A stretch of 64,000 bases of DNA from Balanoglossus misakiensis. Lineage: Eukaryota > Animalia > Hemichordata. Numbering within the stretch: the stretch's first letter is position 1; every line of letters starts with the position of its first letter. The position numbers were made by a program, and so were the translations under genes. The stretch spans positions 13,891,129-13,955,128 of the forward strand of contig CM082576.2 of NCBI GenBank assembly GCA_040954595.2. The letters are read 5' to 3'. This document shows, piece after piece, positions 14,501-29,500 of this stretch. Below the pieces are notes generated by a model. The model was not told the DNA's origin. It ran no database searches and was given only the letters and a program-made list of their open reading frames with translations.

Positions 14501-17500
14501 ATGTTATGGAGGGCGTAAGGATATGGTGTCGCTTTTTTAACCAGCACCCTCACCCCCCCCCCCCCCTCTCCAAAGTACATGTAGCCCTTGGCATGATGTT
14601 GATATTCCGATTAAATTGTCAGATTAGCCGTGTTTATTTTGACAGTTTTCACAAAATTCAACAGACTATCAAAATCAATCATCTCTTTACTGGCAATACT
14701 ACTACTATACTAGATATATACATTGCCATGCCCTAAATAAGTTTGTGCTAAAAAAATAAACAGCGCCTCCATACAAGTGAAAAAGTGCCAGAATCATGTT
14801 GAGCGCCACCATACTTATTAACATGAATTCTTTTGTTTTCATGTTAATCCTCGTATTCAAGCAGGGTTTAGACATAAATGTATAATGGTGAATACTTGGT
14901 GTTTGCTGAAATTCCCAACAGTTACTAAATGCATTTTTCCTTCCATAGCAACTGCCCAGCAACCGTCTGCTTGGTTGCCTAGTAATAGATAAACAACAAT
15001 ATATATGTAATAAACTTGAACATTTTACCATAGTCACTCACTCTGGTCACTGGGTGTAATCCATAAATGGGTGCAACTCGATTTCGTAAAAATTTTACTC
15101 ATTTTACATCTTAGACAATGGTGTCACAATATTTTAACTTAAAATTATCCTTCTCTCCCATATAAACGCATCCCATCTGTATCTCATTCCATTTGTACAC
15201 AACCAGCCAAAGGACTTACAGAGACTTAAGGTGTCTATACTAAATAATTTCTAGGCATTGTGGAGTTTAACTTGTGATGGAGTTTTACCACTAACTGCAT
15301 GTCTCAATATATTTTGAGTCAAAAGCTAACTTTTATGTGTACTTAAAGTTGGATACTATTTTATTTTTCACATGTGCTCAATTATTATCACTAATAGTTG
15401 GATGTTTTAGCAAGGTTTCATTTGTCATGATTGTCTTGTACTAAATCAGATTGGCAATGTTTCTGTCTGTGTCTGTGTCCTAACATTGTTTAATATTTGT
15501 GCATGAATGTTAATGACTTTGTGTTGGTATCACTTATTTTGGTTGTAATGATAAGGTTTTAAAAGTATCCATTTTACAGAGATCAATTTTCTGTCACTTT
15601 TAACTTTCATTCCTTCAAGTTCCTGTCACATATATGTTGCCATGCCAATGTCCCTGAGACGATCTGATAACAATGATCTCTATACAATATGACTTATTTT
15701 TCTATAAAGGGGTTAATTCTTCATCAATATAATTTCTTTCTTACAATATTAATTTGGTAACTTTGCACTGAGGGCCAAATCACCATTTTTCAAATATCAA
15801 AATGATTTGGTTGCTCAGATCAATTTATTGAAATTATCAAATTGATCAGTTACTTGTCAGGTAAAAACCATGTATCAAATGCCTCCTGGATATTGGCAAG
15901 GCGCAAGAAGGGTATTAGCATGGAGATGTTTAACTGAATCAGTGGCTAACATACAATAATGTCATTTCTTCTCAGATATATTATTTCACATTTAAATGTT
16001 CACAGTCCTGCAGTCATAAATTGTAGAAACCAGTTTAAAAATTGTCCATCCATCTTCCCATATTCCAACTTTCTTGATTCTGTCTTCTCGTGTCCAGTTC
16101 ATACTCTTCATAGGACCTGAGAGTTTCCAATTGCATGCTGGGACTTATTACTCCTTGACTTCTTTTAAACCTAATGCATTCTTGAATGACCAATTTTGAT
16201 TTTGTTTTTGTCTCAGGGTTTGCAGACAGAATTCAAGAACAACAGAGTGCATCTGACCACCCTGAACAAACTGACAAATCAGCTGATCCAAGTGTGTGAG
16301 TCTTCTGTGAGCAGTGGAGTTGAAAGAACCATGTCTGACATCAGCAACAGGTATGGGGTCACTGGGTTAAGGGTCAGGGGTCACGTGTATCATCAGTCAG
16401 GTGCCTACCAGCAAATTTATACAAATATTATTTAACAAATAATGCTGCACTATACTATGTGGGGTATGCTACCATGACATTTCGCTTGAAACCAAAAGAG
16501 GTTGTAAACATGAATGGTGAAACAGTGAAAAATAGGTTAGTGATGCATTTTATTTAGGAGAGATTCTTAAAATATGATTGCAATCACATTTGAAGAATTC
16601 AATTTGATATTCCCTTATAGTTATGACATTACTGCAATTGTTGTTTCCCAAAAATTGAATTTACAGTTTCTAGCAATGTGTCTAGTTGTCTGGTATATTC
16701 ATCTGGCAATTGGGCTGAGATGTTTTGTGTCAATGCTGTAACAATTGTTGATGAAATCATTGCTTTGATAACAAATGAAGTGTAATAATAATAATGTCTT
16801 GTGCAATTGAGAATCTTAGAAAACATGACGCTATCTGGAACTCATAAATAAATGACTAATTCAACAATAATGTAACTTTGACAAAAAGACATGCATACAT
16901 ATGTAAGTCTTTTAGAATACTGGTACTGAGACAAATTAGTAAAGCCAGACAAGAAAGAAACTAGTCAACTAAATCCTAACATTGTGTTTTCTTGTTTGAC
17001 AGATGGAAGACAGTTGACGAACAGCTACGAGATACACTGAATGTGTTTGAACAAGCTCTGATGCACTGGGAGAGATATGAAGGTGAATACAAACACGTGG
17101 CCGAATGGATTGACGAGAGAGAAAGGAAAGTTGAAGATATTCTGCTTGCTGCGGCCGACAAAGATTGGGATTCGAACAAAGAAGAGCAATTGGAAGTTGC
17201 TAAGGTATGTGGAATAAACGTTTTTCTCATGAAAGACACTTCGTCAGTATCGGCGTCTTGAGACTGGCTAATCTGCAAACCAGCTATGCTGTGAATTCAA
17301 ACAAAATTTTGATAACAGAAATTCCATGAACGAACACGGTAAACCATTATTTGCTTCAGACAGATTTGCATCTGCAATGAGTTTAGTAGAGTACTTGTCC
17401 TAATTAATCGTACTGGTAGTCAAATTCAAAGAGCTTAAATACGTGTTTTCTCTAAAACTAAAGTCTAATTGTGTGTAATAGAATATTAGCGATATCTGTA

Positions 17501-20500
17501 AAGCTACATATGTTGGATATACAAACTGTCTGCCCCCCCCCCCCTCCCAAATAATTCATGAGCATCTAAAAATATCCAAACACATTGAATAAAGAAGTTT
17601 ATTCAACACATCATTAGGGACCAATTGGTTTGTTATTGTAAACACCCAAATGAAAATAATTAAAATCTAACTAAGCAAACATTGCAACCCAGCTGCTTTT
17701 TGATTTGCTGGTAAGTTGATACCAAGTTCTTTGGCCATTGTCACCACCATCTCTTATGTGTTTGTTGATTTATTTGTTTGTTTGTGTTTGGTGTTAATGC
17801 AGGTGCTACAAACTGACCTGGACAATTACAATGGAGTGTCCGCATTGACATTGTTGATTGAACCTCTGACCAGACACATGGACAGCACAACCATCATTAA
17901 TATCACCTCACAACAGAAATCACTGCAGCAGGTAAGCTACATGTTACTTTCTCACTCTGTGGAAGAAGAGGGGAAAATATTTCTTGGGTGTAGCTGATCT
18001 TTGTTTAGAGAGAGAGAGAAACAGACTCAACCAGAGACAGACAGACAGACAGAGAGAGACCGTTCTGTTGCTTGTTGAAAACTTTTTGAATGTCATGACG
18101 TTGTACGGTCACACACAGATACATAGACTGGACGTTTTATAAATAGACGCCCCTAATGTTACAGTATTTAAAACAAAAAAGATGACATTATGTATTACCC
18201 TCACTGACCTATTAAAATCAAAGCTTCGCAAAAAACTGTCTACTTTTACACTGTCTTCAATGCCAAGTTATAATCATGGGAAAATTCATTACTTCAAGAA
18301 TTAATTAAGTATTTAGTTCACGGAAGTTTCAACTGTCTCTGAAGAATTCAACTTTAAGAGAAACAGCTGTTTTCTTAAAAACAGCGCATTGTGTGATATT
18401 TTCTGGTCTGTCGACCTCCTTGTCGACCGAACCTACATTGCGGTGACCCTTGACCTTTCTTGGCAGAAACTTGACAACATGAGACAGGCCATCAGCAAGC
18501 AAGTGCATGGTATGGAGCATGACATCATCGCCCAGAGGAAGTTCCAGGATGCATTGCAAGCGCTGACGTTCTGGATGGAAAACATGGAGGAGATCATTAG
18601 CAAGGAGGACCCGAACAGATCAGCTGATGAGAATTCGATCCGGGATAGGATGGAAGAATTGAAGGTAGGACAGGGTTTTTTCATGAAATGTAGGCTATTT
18701 GGATCAAAACCTATGATGTGGATAGACCCACTGTCAAATATGGAAGTTAGAATTCTTGTATTCCACTGGGGTAAATTAAACCTCTGACATTAAATAGAGA
18801 GTTTATATTTCACAGTTGCTGATATAAATTATCCATCGTTTATAAGATTTTAAAATTTAAGTGATATATGTCTATGTAAGGCTAGTAAGAATTGCGCTAA
18901 AAAGAGATGATTTCTGATTTCCTTTGTGTCCCCCAGTAAAAACATTTTATTTTATTTTATTTGTTTGAAATCGAGATGTCCATTTGTGTTGACAACGTAG
19001 ACATTTAGCTGACATGTCCTGTTTGTAACATGATAACACTATTGGACATTATGGGATGGTTATCAAAATGACAACAAAATAACTCCCAAACAGTAGCATG
19101 TGAAATGTAGCATGTTGTGAAATATAATACAAAATGGGCTGGGGGGGGGGGGGGGAAATAGTCTGGTGTCTCTGTTTATGGCACGTTAAATGCTTGAACT
19201 GTAGAGTTATGTTGTGACAAATGTCTTACAGTTTGGGGGTACCCCGTTGTTGCAAGGACAGTCGCACAAAGGAAGTATGTAGGAAGTGTAAGTGGGGTGG
19301 CAGAGTGAGATGAGGTCATCAATTAGATGCACTGTGGGTGTTCTGATATGGAAGGGCTGTAATTGGCATGGTCATTAGCACTTTGTTATCTCAGTTGGAT
19401 TTCAACTGACATTGTGGCCATTCAAATGTGTGGACTGGCAGTTAAAAATAACAAACAGCCATTTAGCTTTTGGCTAGACTGCAGAACTATATACAGCCAG
19501 ACCACAGACTAAGTTCGGTTCCGCTGCTGTAGATCCATTCAAATTGAATTAATAAAAAATGTGGATAAAAGACTTACTTAAAATAGGTTTGCACAGATGA
19601 CACGGTGTCCTTATCCAGTGAAAGATGTTTATTATGATTATTGCAAAGCCAGAAATTTTTAAAAAGCAGTTCTTAGATGACGTATCCAACTGGAATGTGA
19701 AATTATGGTAAAACGTGCATCTCGCGAACTGGGAGAATCATGAATTATTGGACAAGTCTGGTTTCTCGTAAAACATACTGTTTAAGGACAGCTCAAATCT
19801 ATTCAGGGCTGAGATGCAACGGCCGTTTATCTGTCTTTGGCCTGGTTTATGATCTCAATACTTGCCATGCCTGCAATACCCCAAGCAGTGTGTGCAATGC
19901 ACTAGCTGACATGAGATAGCCATTTGTGATGATCACATAGTGTAACATGATATGATACAGAGTATAGCGCCCTCCTGAAGCGGGAAAAGAGATTCAAATC
20001 CAATTGACATTTTAACGGTCCGGAATCAGTTGTCGAGATAGCTCCCTGATTTTATTTTGTAAGATTGGTTGAAATCATGGAAATTACCAAAACGGTGAGT
20101 CTTGTCCAAATGTTTGCTGACATGTGTGTGGGAAAGAAACTGTGTTCCTTGAAGGAAGGGTTGAATTGTATTTAGAGTAGTTCACTTATATCCTTAGCAA
20201 CACTGTCTCTGGTAAACTGTGATCTGGAAGTTTGTGTTGCCTTGTTAATATTATGACATATTTTTTTCTCTTTGTACCAAAAAGTGACATTGTTTTTAAA
20301 TTTGGGCCCCATTGAGGGAATATTTTTTCCAGTTTTATCATGTATTTGTTCAACATAGCAGATTTATCTATAGGGATCCTCTGTCTACGAAACAAGTTCT
20401 CCATTTTCACACATACATCTGCATGAATATATTCATTTTGCTCACAGAAGTTACTGTGTATTCATATTAACCTCGAAAACCTTTCACATTGCCTCCACCC

Positions 20501-23500
20501 CACAGTCGGTGATGCTTCAGTTCACCAACCACACAACGCAGTTGGACGCCCTCAACGAGATGGGCTACAAACTGTCCCTCAACGACAGCAACGTGGAGAA
20601 GCTGACCAACCTCAACCACAAGTGGACCACTCTGTCCAACCAGACGTCGGAGAAGTACCGCAGTCTGCAGGGGATCCTGCTGCAGCAGCAGAGCTTCGCG
20701 CAGAAGTGCGACGCCTGGATGATATTCCTGGCGCAGACGGAGCGCAACCTGGCCGTCGACATTGCCGGGAATTACGAACTGCTGCTCGAACAACAGAAGA
20801 TGTATGATGTGAGTGGGCAACCCTTATGTGGTTCTTTGTTCTCTTTTTTATGAAAATTTCCTCGCTTTTTGTCAGGCATTTGTTTTGTCATATATTGATG
20901 GCCAAACAGGGTAACCCTGTTTATATAACCCTGGGTTATTATTAAAGACCCATATTTCTTGACAGGCACATAAATAAACATTAGCCCTTTTGTCTGTGAT
21001 GAGAGATGTTTATTTGGGGAAAAAAGGGAAAACAAATGGTTGACTGGGCATTGCATCTGCTCTGTTTTGAAAAAATCTAGGTACACATGATTTAATGAGA
21101 GTACCTTCTTTAACCCTTTCACCCCCAGTTCCCTCTATACAGGTCCACCCTTACCATAGAAAATATGGGTTGGACTGAACCATGGTGGTTAAACGGTTAA
21201 TTTTCAAAACATCATGCATTAGCAGATAAATATTCATATTTGCATATAAATAAGATGCATGTGTACATGTACTAGTACTTGAAGTTGAATTGAATACCAC
21301 CAGGGTGTTTATTCTAAAATGCCTTTTATTTTCTCACGACAGCTGTTTGAAGCGGACATCTTCAACCGACAACAGATCCTCTTCTCCATCATCAGCGACG
21401 GCCAGAAGATGCTGCAAGAGGGGGAGGTGGAGGACCAAGAGGAGTTCCAGCACAAACTGACGTTGCTCAGCGAGCAGTGGCAGAGCGTGGTCAAGCGAGC
21501 CAATCAGAGGAAGGAGATCATCGACAAGGCCATCAAGGACTGGCACATGTACAAGGCCATGCTGGAGAGGATGAACGAGTGGTTTGTGCAGATGGAGGAG
21601 GAGATTCAGACGTACGAGTTCAAGACGGCCACGCTGGAGAATCTCAAGACTATGCAAGAGCAGGCGAAGGTGAGAGAGAGCTTGTAATGTTGAGTATCCT
21701 GTCGCGATTCAGTACACATTCAGCAGAATTAATATCCATAAAGAAGCTTTTGAGGAGTTATTATAAAAACATTCTGGAAAAATGACGTTTACTCCTGGAA
21801 AGTTGTGGAATATTTATTTAAGCTCTTATACTGTCACAAAATGTAGACCACTTTTGCACAGTGAAGATGACTTAGGTTTGTTACCTTGCCCTGTTAGCTT
21901 GTTAAAAAATTATGACTTTGCAGCAACATCTTACAGAATAGCGTGACAACTGAAATAGCAACTTGAAGCATAGACCCTAGAGAAATAGTCCTATTTCTCC
22001 AGAATCTGTGCTTGAAGATGTCTTGAAACAAATATGGTTTTATACAACTAAATATTTTGCTTGAATGATTAGAAACATTGATCAGTTAGAATCTTTTTTT
22101 CACAATTTCTTGAATTTTTTGTGGCCGTTGCAGGTTACACAGAAGGCCGTGGCAATCCAGGAAGGCAACTACTTAACGCTGAACGAAGCAGGCAAACAAT
22201 TGATGAAGGTCTCGGAGAGAACGGCAGGCGAGGTGATCAAAATGGAACTACAAGAAGCACAAAAACACTGGCACAGCATCACGACTACACTCAAACGACA
22301 GAACCAAAGACTCGAAGATCTTCTCAACCAGTGGAACGACGCCGAGGAAAATATCGAAGATCTGTTGGCGTGGTTACGCGACACCAAGAAAATGCTCACG
22401 GTTCCGCTGCCTAACCAGTACGAAGAATTACACCGTGACTTGCAGAAATGCAAGGTAAATGGAGATTATGTCGACTTGGATAAAATGAGGATGTTTCTGT
22501 CTCTGTATGTTATTCTACAGGGGAAGTGATAACAGCACATCAAGGAAATTTGAAATGTGTAAATGCTAATGTAGATACCTATAAAGTTTGTTTCCAGTGA
22601 ACAAACACTTCAGTCTATGTGACCCCAAACTTAAAAAAAAAATCTCTAACGGAGATGCTTACTATGAACAAGGGATATTTGTTTACATACAACATTACGG
22701 ACACCTTCAAAAAAACTGTCCTTAATAGAAAAGTGTCCTGATTAGAGAGGTGTCCATAATAACAGGTTTCACTGTACATGTACCAGTACATACACATACA
22801 CATACACATACATGATGCATACTAACACATCAACTTTCATTGACCATTCATAAGAGATGCTTGCTTCTAATTTCAGGAATATGAAAATGCCTTTGAAAGT
22901 TCCAAGGGCAAACTGAAAACTCTCTCGAACCAGGAACACCAACTCGCTGCCACTATCAATCCGGACGATTTGTCCATTCTCCGGGAGCGAATCTCTCTGC
23001 TGGGAAAACAGTGGGATGAGATCCACCAGCAGACGACCAGTAAGAAACAGAGAATCATGGACCGACTCAGCGAGTGGTCACAGTTCACTGAGAGATACAA
23101 GGAGTTCTCTGATTGGCTGACGCAGACAGAGGTCAAAGTGTCTCACAACGGGGAGACCAGCATTGAAGACTTGCTACAGAAACTGCAAAATGTAAGTTCT
23201 GATCTTCAAGTGGAAAATTTAAAAAAATTTAACAGGTCATTTAATATCAGAATTTTATTGTACAGGCTATTAGTAAAATAGCAATGAACCACCCCAGCTT
23301 TAGACTTTCCACATGGGTATAACCACCGTATATACACATACTTTTAGCAGTTGTCTTTATGTTGTGAACTGGCCAAATTCTGCTAAATTACAAATTTTCT
23401 GTTGAGAACAAGATTGGCATATCATTGAATATTACATAAAACTTGATTGATAAGATATGTATGTATGCTTTATAATTACGGAACAATATTTTCATCATAT

Positions 23501-26500
23501 CAAGGGTCAAGGCTCACTAAACTTGACAGTAAATTGCTTGAGGTGAAAATATGGTTTTATGGCTAGTGAAGGTAATATATTGATGCTTGACTGGGTAATG
23601 AGCTTGTCAACAAAAGAACAAGTTGTAACATGGTGAAAACAAACACGCTTGAATTTTATGATTCAAAATATTACAGCTTTTAAACTGTTTGTTGTTCAGT
23701 TGGATAATATTTGCCAAATATATGTGTAGTCTGTTTAATCTCATCTTGGTTTTGCGACCTGCATTGTTGTATTGGGGTGAACAAAAATAAAATAGTGTAA
23801 CTGAGGATGCGGTAGAATGCCAACTACAGGATATTTTTGAAGCCAGGCTGTAGTCACACTCCTGTAAAATGCAACAAATTGTACATTGTAGTCCTGGATG
23901 CCTCAAATCCGACACCAAGCCATAATCTAGAACAATTTATAACCGTAAATTTTACGAAGTTCAATAAAGTGGCTGTAGGGTCTTGGAACTGGCCCAAGTT
24001 TTCCCAAGATTGGCACTGCAAATAAGCTATGCCATAGCAAACTACCGTAATATACACACAGATGCAAGTGTTGGCATGACATTGACCAGTGTAATCTGTA
24101 GGGTGCAGAGAAGCCCACTTGAAGTCAATCAGATAACGGAGTATCTGTTATCTGATGAGATGAAGTTATTTGAACGCTTAGCCTGTTATTAGAGTAGTTG
24201 AAACCTGCCTGTGACATGGCTGCCACAAAGGTTTCCAATTTGGTCTCCGAGTCGCACCTGTACATGGATCTTGTAGAAGATACCCTAGAATGTCTAGTAT
24301 GTATACCATTTTGGAAAGAGGGACTAGGAGCACGTATTGTCATTTAGATTTGTTTATTTGTGGAGGTTTATTTACTGGCATATCATGTGCGGTCAATGCA
24401 TTAAGATTCATTGTAGCTGCTTGTCAGATGGTTACATCTCTTTCAAAATTTAATGTTAACGCTGCATTTCTTAATTTTCAACATTTTCACCCAGTAATTA
24501 TTTTGTTGAATACGTAAGTTGACTTTGGGTATTTTCTACTACCAGTAATATTTTTATATATCGTTTATTTTGTTTTCTAATATAGTAGAGACCAGATTCT
24601 TGTACTTTGTACCAAACAAACGTTGTCTATGTGTTGACAATGCATAAGTGTACTTGGTCATATTGTTTTTAGCATTTCCAAATCAGAGATAAAGATATCA
24701 GATAAGAAGGTTTTCGAGGGCAAACTGTGAACAGCAAACAGATCCTAACATGCCGGAATCACTCGATGAAGACAATTTCTTAGATTTCTTTTCCGTATTT
24801 TCACTTTCAGGAGTACAAGGAAGAAGTGAGATATGCGTTTGAAAACAAGCAACAGCTGATCGAACTGGGTGAGAAGTTGATTTCTGCAAGCAATGACCTG
24901 AAGGCAAATGACATTGAGTACAAACTGGCTAAGCTGAACGATAGATGGCAACATCTCATGGATCTGATTGCCGCAAGGTGAGTGGTGCATTGTGGGAATG
25001 TATTTGTTGTGAAGGGCAAATTCTACCCCTGGGAAACTCAAAAAGTGGTCCTCAAGTTTAAGTAGAGCCATATAACAGACAGGTCATAAAACTAATTCAG
25101 CAATTTACCCTTGGGGAATGCCTACTATAAAACTATCTGTACGTAAGCGTTCAAATCTTGTGCTGGGGTTTCCGTTGCTGAAAATTGATCATGAATAAAA
25201 CATAATCATTTTTCTTGATATTTTGTCCTCATGTCAATTCTTGGTGTTTCCCAGGCAGAATGTGTTGTGCTGGTTTATATGTCTTTCTGGTCTCTTGAGC
25301 ATTTTTTTGAATAAATTGGCACTCCACAAGTAAAAGTGCTAACAATGCGTTAACACATGTAACACCATAAATGACATATGCAAATTTTCTGCTTGGAGAC
25401 TAGTGACCTGACCCACTGCAAACTGTTGATATTTTTGTCCAGTTTGTGTGACCTTCTGTTGCAGACACACATGTCTGCTCTGCCTCCCAGGGTCGATATA
25501 CATCAGCTTGGTTGGATACATCATCAGATATAATCATTCTTCCTCAATGTCAATCGTACCAGCACCATACCTAGCCTAGCCATCTAAAAATAACCCCACA
25601 GTATGGCCGACATTTGTCAACGATGCAATTGTTTGAAACAGGTTTATTTTTAAAACATGCATATATTCATGTAGATATCAGACTGTGAGGATAGATAGAT
25701 AGATAGTCATGTCCTGAAAGCTGCTAGGATGGGTTAATCTTTTCCCAGTTGGTTGTTTACATTTTGGCTCGGTTGTGCCACGACAAAATGTCGGTGTCTG
25801 TCTTGATGGAGTGTATTTTGATACCAAGGTTGGTTTTAATGTTGTTGTCTGGTTTTTTTCTCTGAGAAACAACCTATAATTCACCTTAAATTGGTACACT
25901 GTGTTATTGTACTCTCTGAACATGTGTTGTTCATGCTCTCATCTTTGTCACCTGGTCTAGTTTGTTTTTACACAAGCTGCTGTATCTGATAAAAATTATT
26001 TATCTTGAAAAAAAGTCCTTGGCTGGCATAATACCTGATCATTTACAGCTGAATTTGTCTCTGTTTTGGTAGTAGCAGTTGTGATATTACATATCACATG
26101 GCAGTTTTAATATATTCAGGTAACGGCTAAAAATGTTGTGATGCAATTAATACCCATGCAACCATATATATCCAAGAGGAAATTACTCATCTATGTGGCT
26201 GTTAAAGTAAACTATCTGTGGGCTATCTGATAGCCATATGATGTGTAATTTTACTCTGCTAAAACTGAAAGTGGATTTTTAAGAAAGCACCCCATAACAG
26301 CATTCTCAGCATTTTGGTGTATAATGAATTACCACTGCAACAGACTATAATTTATTGTGTTTGTCGGAATACCGCAAAACTGCAGAAACTCCCTTTGGTG
26401 TGTCTGAGCATAGACAGTAGAGGGATTGAGCTGGTTGTTTAGGCACAATGGTACGGTATTTACGATTGTCTGAATACAGTAGTTTGTGATTGTCTGAGGC

Positions 26501-29500
26501 TAATATAAATGAAGTTCTACCTGGACGGGTTTAATGAACTTAAACATCCAGCCTGCAGCTAAATTCCATTGGAGGATGAGTTCTCTTCCATAGCTATTGT
26601 TACGTGCAAGGCAAAAGATGCTGCCCCCACTGGGCATTGTAATCAGTAGTCGCCACCCATTCACAGGTGCACTGGCTCTCTCTTTCAGTCAGAGTTTGTA
26701 TTGTTCAAAAGACACAGTGTCCACCCTCATTTGAAATTCTCCCCGTCTTCTCACTTCCCAATTTAAACATACTTGACACTCTTGCTCTGTCTCATATAAC
26801 CACAGGACCAAGAAACTACAGGAGACGCTGACCGCCGTCCAGCAACTGGATCAAAATATGAGCAACCTGCGCCTCTGGCTGAGCCACATCGAGCGAGAGA
26901 TCGCGACACCGGTCACGTACGATACGTGCGAGTCCACGGAAATACAACGCAAGCTTTTCCAGCAGCAGGTAAGTCTGGTTTTGGCCAAAATCGAGCAGTA
27001 GCCACAGAAGTAGAAAAACAAACAAACAGGTTATATAATGTTTTGGAGACATTGGCAACTGTTACCTGGTAAATGAAATCCTAAAACGTTTACTAAATTT
27101 CACACAAAAAATTCGGTATTTGCAATCTTCACGTGTGATTTTTTTCTTGTTCATGAAACTCTTTGTATTCCATCATAGAACATTAGGCTCAGTTTTAGCA
27201 CTTTTGTTAAAAATTCTTAAAGTCTTGGCAGTGTGTTATTGTTGCCACATTTGCATATCAGAACAGGTAGCCTTTATCGCCTGCAACTGTTATCACTCAC
27301 AGCCTTGGAGGTGTTATTCAAGATTGTCTCAATCTCGAATATCTTGTGATCAGTAACAAGTATCATGTTATGAGCCTCGTGTATTTTCTTGTTCCATGAT
27401 GTAGTATTTTGCATACTGCCGCACATAAAATATGAAAACATTTGACATTTCAAGTTGAACCTTTCATTTTGATTGTCGACAACAAAAATAACAACTATTA
27501 TTGAGACTACAAAATTCTTGTCAGGGATTATGAATTTTATAATAAGTGTATTACATTCAATGTTAATCGGTCAGATCTGAGTTTTTTATTGTAATTTGTG
27601 GATATTGTGATATAAATCGAAGTTGCTACTCTATTCACATGTAAATAAGCATAGTATGAAGCAAATGCACATTACTGTTTATGTGGTTAACTAATTGCAG
27701 GCCTCGTTATCGCCCATCAACTTTTAATTAAAGGTAATTGCTTGGGTTTATTGATTTCAGGAGCTGCAAAAAGACATCGAGAGACACAGCACAGGAGTAG
27801 CATCTGTACTTAATCTATGCGAAGTCCTCCTCCATGACAGCGATGCTTGTTCCAGCGAGGCTGACAGCGAAGCCATACAAAACGCCACCAGAAGCCTGGA
27901 CCAGAGATGGAGGAATATCTGCTCATTGTCCATGGAAAGAAAACTTAAGTAAGTTTGACGTCTGGAGTGCTTTCACAGTTTGGCTATCTGAGCCTAAATG
28001 ATGTATCACATTTGCTCGCTTTAGGTGCATTGGTAATGCAGTGACCAAAATATAAATACACCTATCCATAGATTCTCAAACTGACAATCATCCAGGGAAC
28101 ATTAGAATATAATGACTACCGTTTAATTGATCGATTATTTTTTATTATGAATCATAAATATTAACTTGAACGTAATGTAAAAATAGAGATCATTAGATCA
28201 CAGCTGCCTTATGCTGGTCAGAGAATTGTGTGGCCGGTGCCATTTCTTCTCGGTCATCAAACAAGTATGGATGGGTAATCTTCGTCTCGTTTTCCTTTCA
28301 CAGCATCGAAGAAACCTGGAGGTTATGGCAGAAGTTCTTTGACGATTTCCATAAATTTGAAGAATGGCTGAAATCGGCAGAAAGGGCAGTGAGCATTCCT
28401 AACTCGTCGAACGCTCCATTTGCAGTGCTGAAAGAGGAACTTCGCAGATTTGAGGTTGGTTGAAATGCAGGCATTCTGCTTGACTGATGAGTTTTATTGA
28501 CAAGACATTCAAAACGATATACAGTGTGTTACGTGTATTGGCTCTGATTTTGAAATGAATCCACAAATTACTGGGGATTTGTCTTGTGAAAAAAAATGTA
28601 AACTGTTTCAGAGTGTCATATCACACAGACTTTTGGTGAAATTTGTTATGACCTGCATTTATCGCAGAGTTATGCAGAAAATATGAACTGCATCTTCCAA
28701 ATTAATTACTGGTGCTCCAGCCTGGCTGTTGTTGTTGTTGCTATCTCAGCAAGATTAAAAGACCATGACGACCGATTAGACTTCAAGGTTTTTGAACCAA
28801 AAATAAGGGGAGGCGTTCAATATACTTCTTGGAAACCATGAAGTCAGTTTCATGTCCAGCTTATACAACTACTCCATACAATCTTGATGATCTGCCGTGC
28901 ATATACAGAGCGACCTTCAATGGTGATTTCATTAGTAGCCATCAACCCAGCAAATTTACCATCATCTTGTAAACACTGCATTCATATAGGTAGTTCTCTT
29001 GTCTTGTATGATGTGAACCAGCTTACATATAGCACGTGGTCAACTGGCTTCACTTGGCTGACCCAGAAAACCCACATAAACCCTGCCTTCAGTGACCTTT
29101 GACAAACATTGCGACTCTCCGTGTTTGTTTTTACCCAAGTATGCAGTGGATAAATTTTCCTGATTTTTTTCTTTTCATTCTTCCAGCAATTCCAACGCAA
29201 AGTGCACGAAAACCTCACCCAGCTGGAGATCATCAACAAACAGTACCGGCGACTGGCCAGGGAGGGCCGGACAGACAGCTCCAGCACCCTGAAGAGCGTG
29301 GTGCACGACGTGAACAACAGGTGGGACAACCTATCCAGGAGATGTGGCAGCATTATCAAGAGACTCAAGTTCACGTTGGATCAGAAGGAGGAGTTCCAGA
29401 ACGCCAAGGAGAGTCTCTTGGTCTGGCTCACTGAAATCGACCTGCAGCTGACCAACGTGGAACACTTCTCCGAGCAGGACACAGCAATGAAGGCCAGCCA

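Noticed and set aside
26340-26456. ATG/gtacgg as an alternative nesprin first exon
   Set aside because: A phase-0 donor is incompatible with the phase-2 exon at 26806, and the donor is weak.
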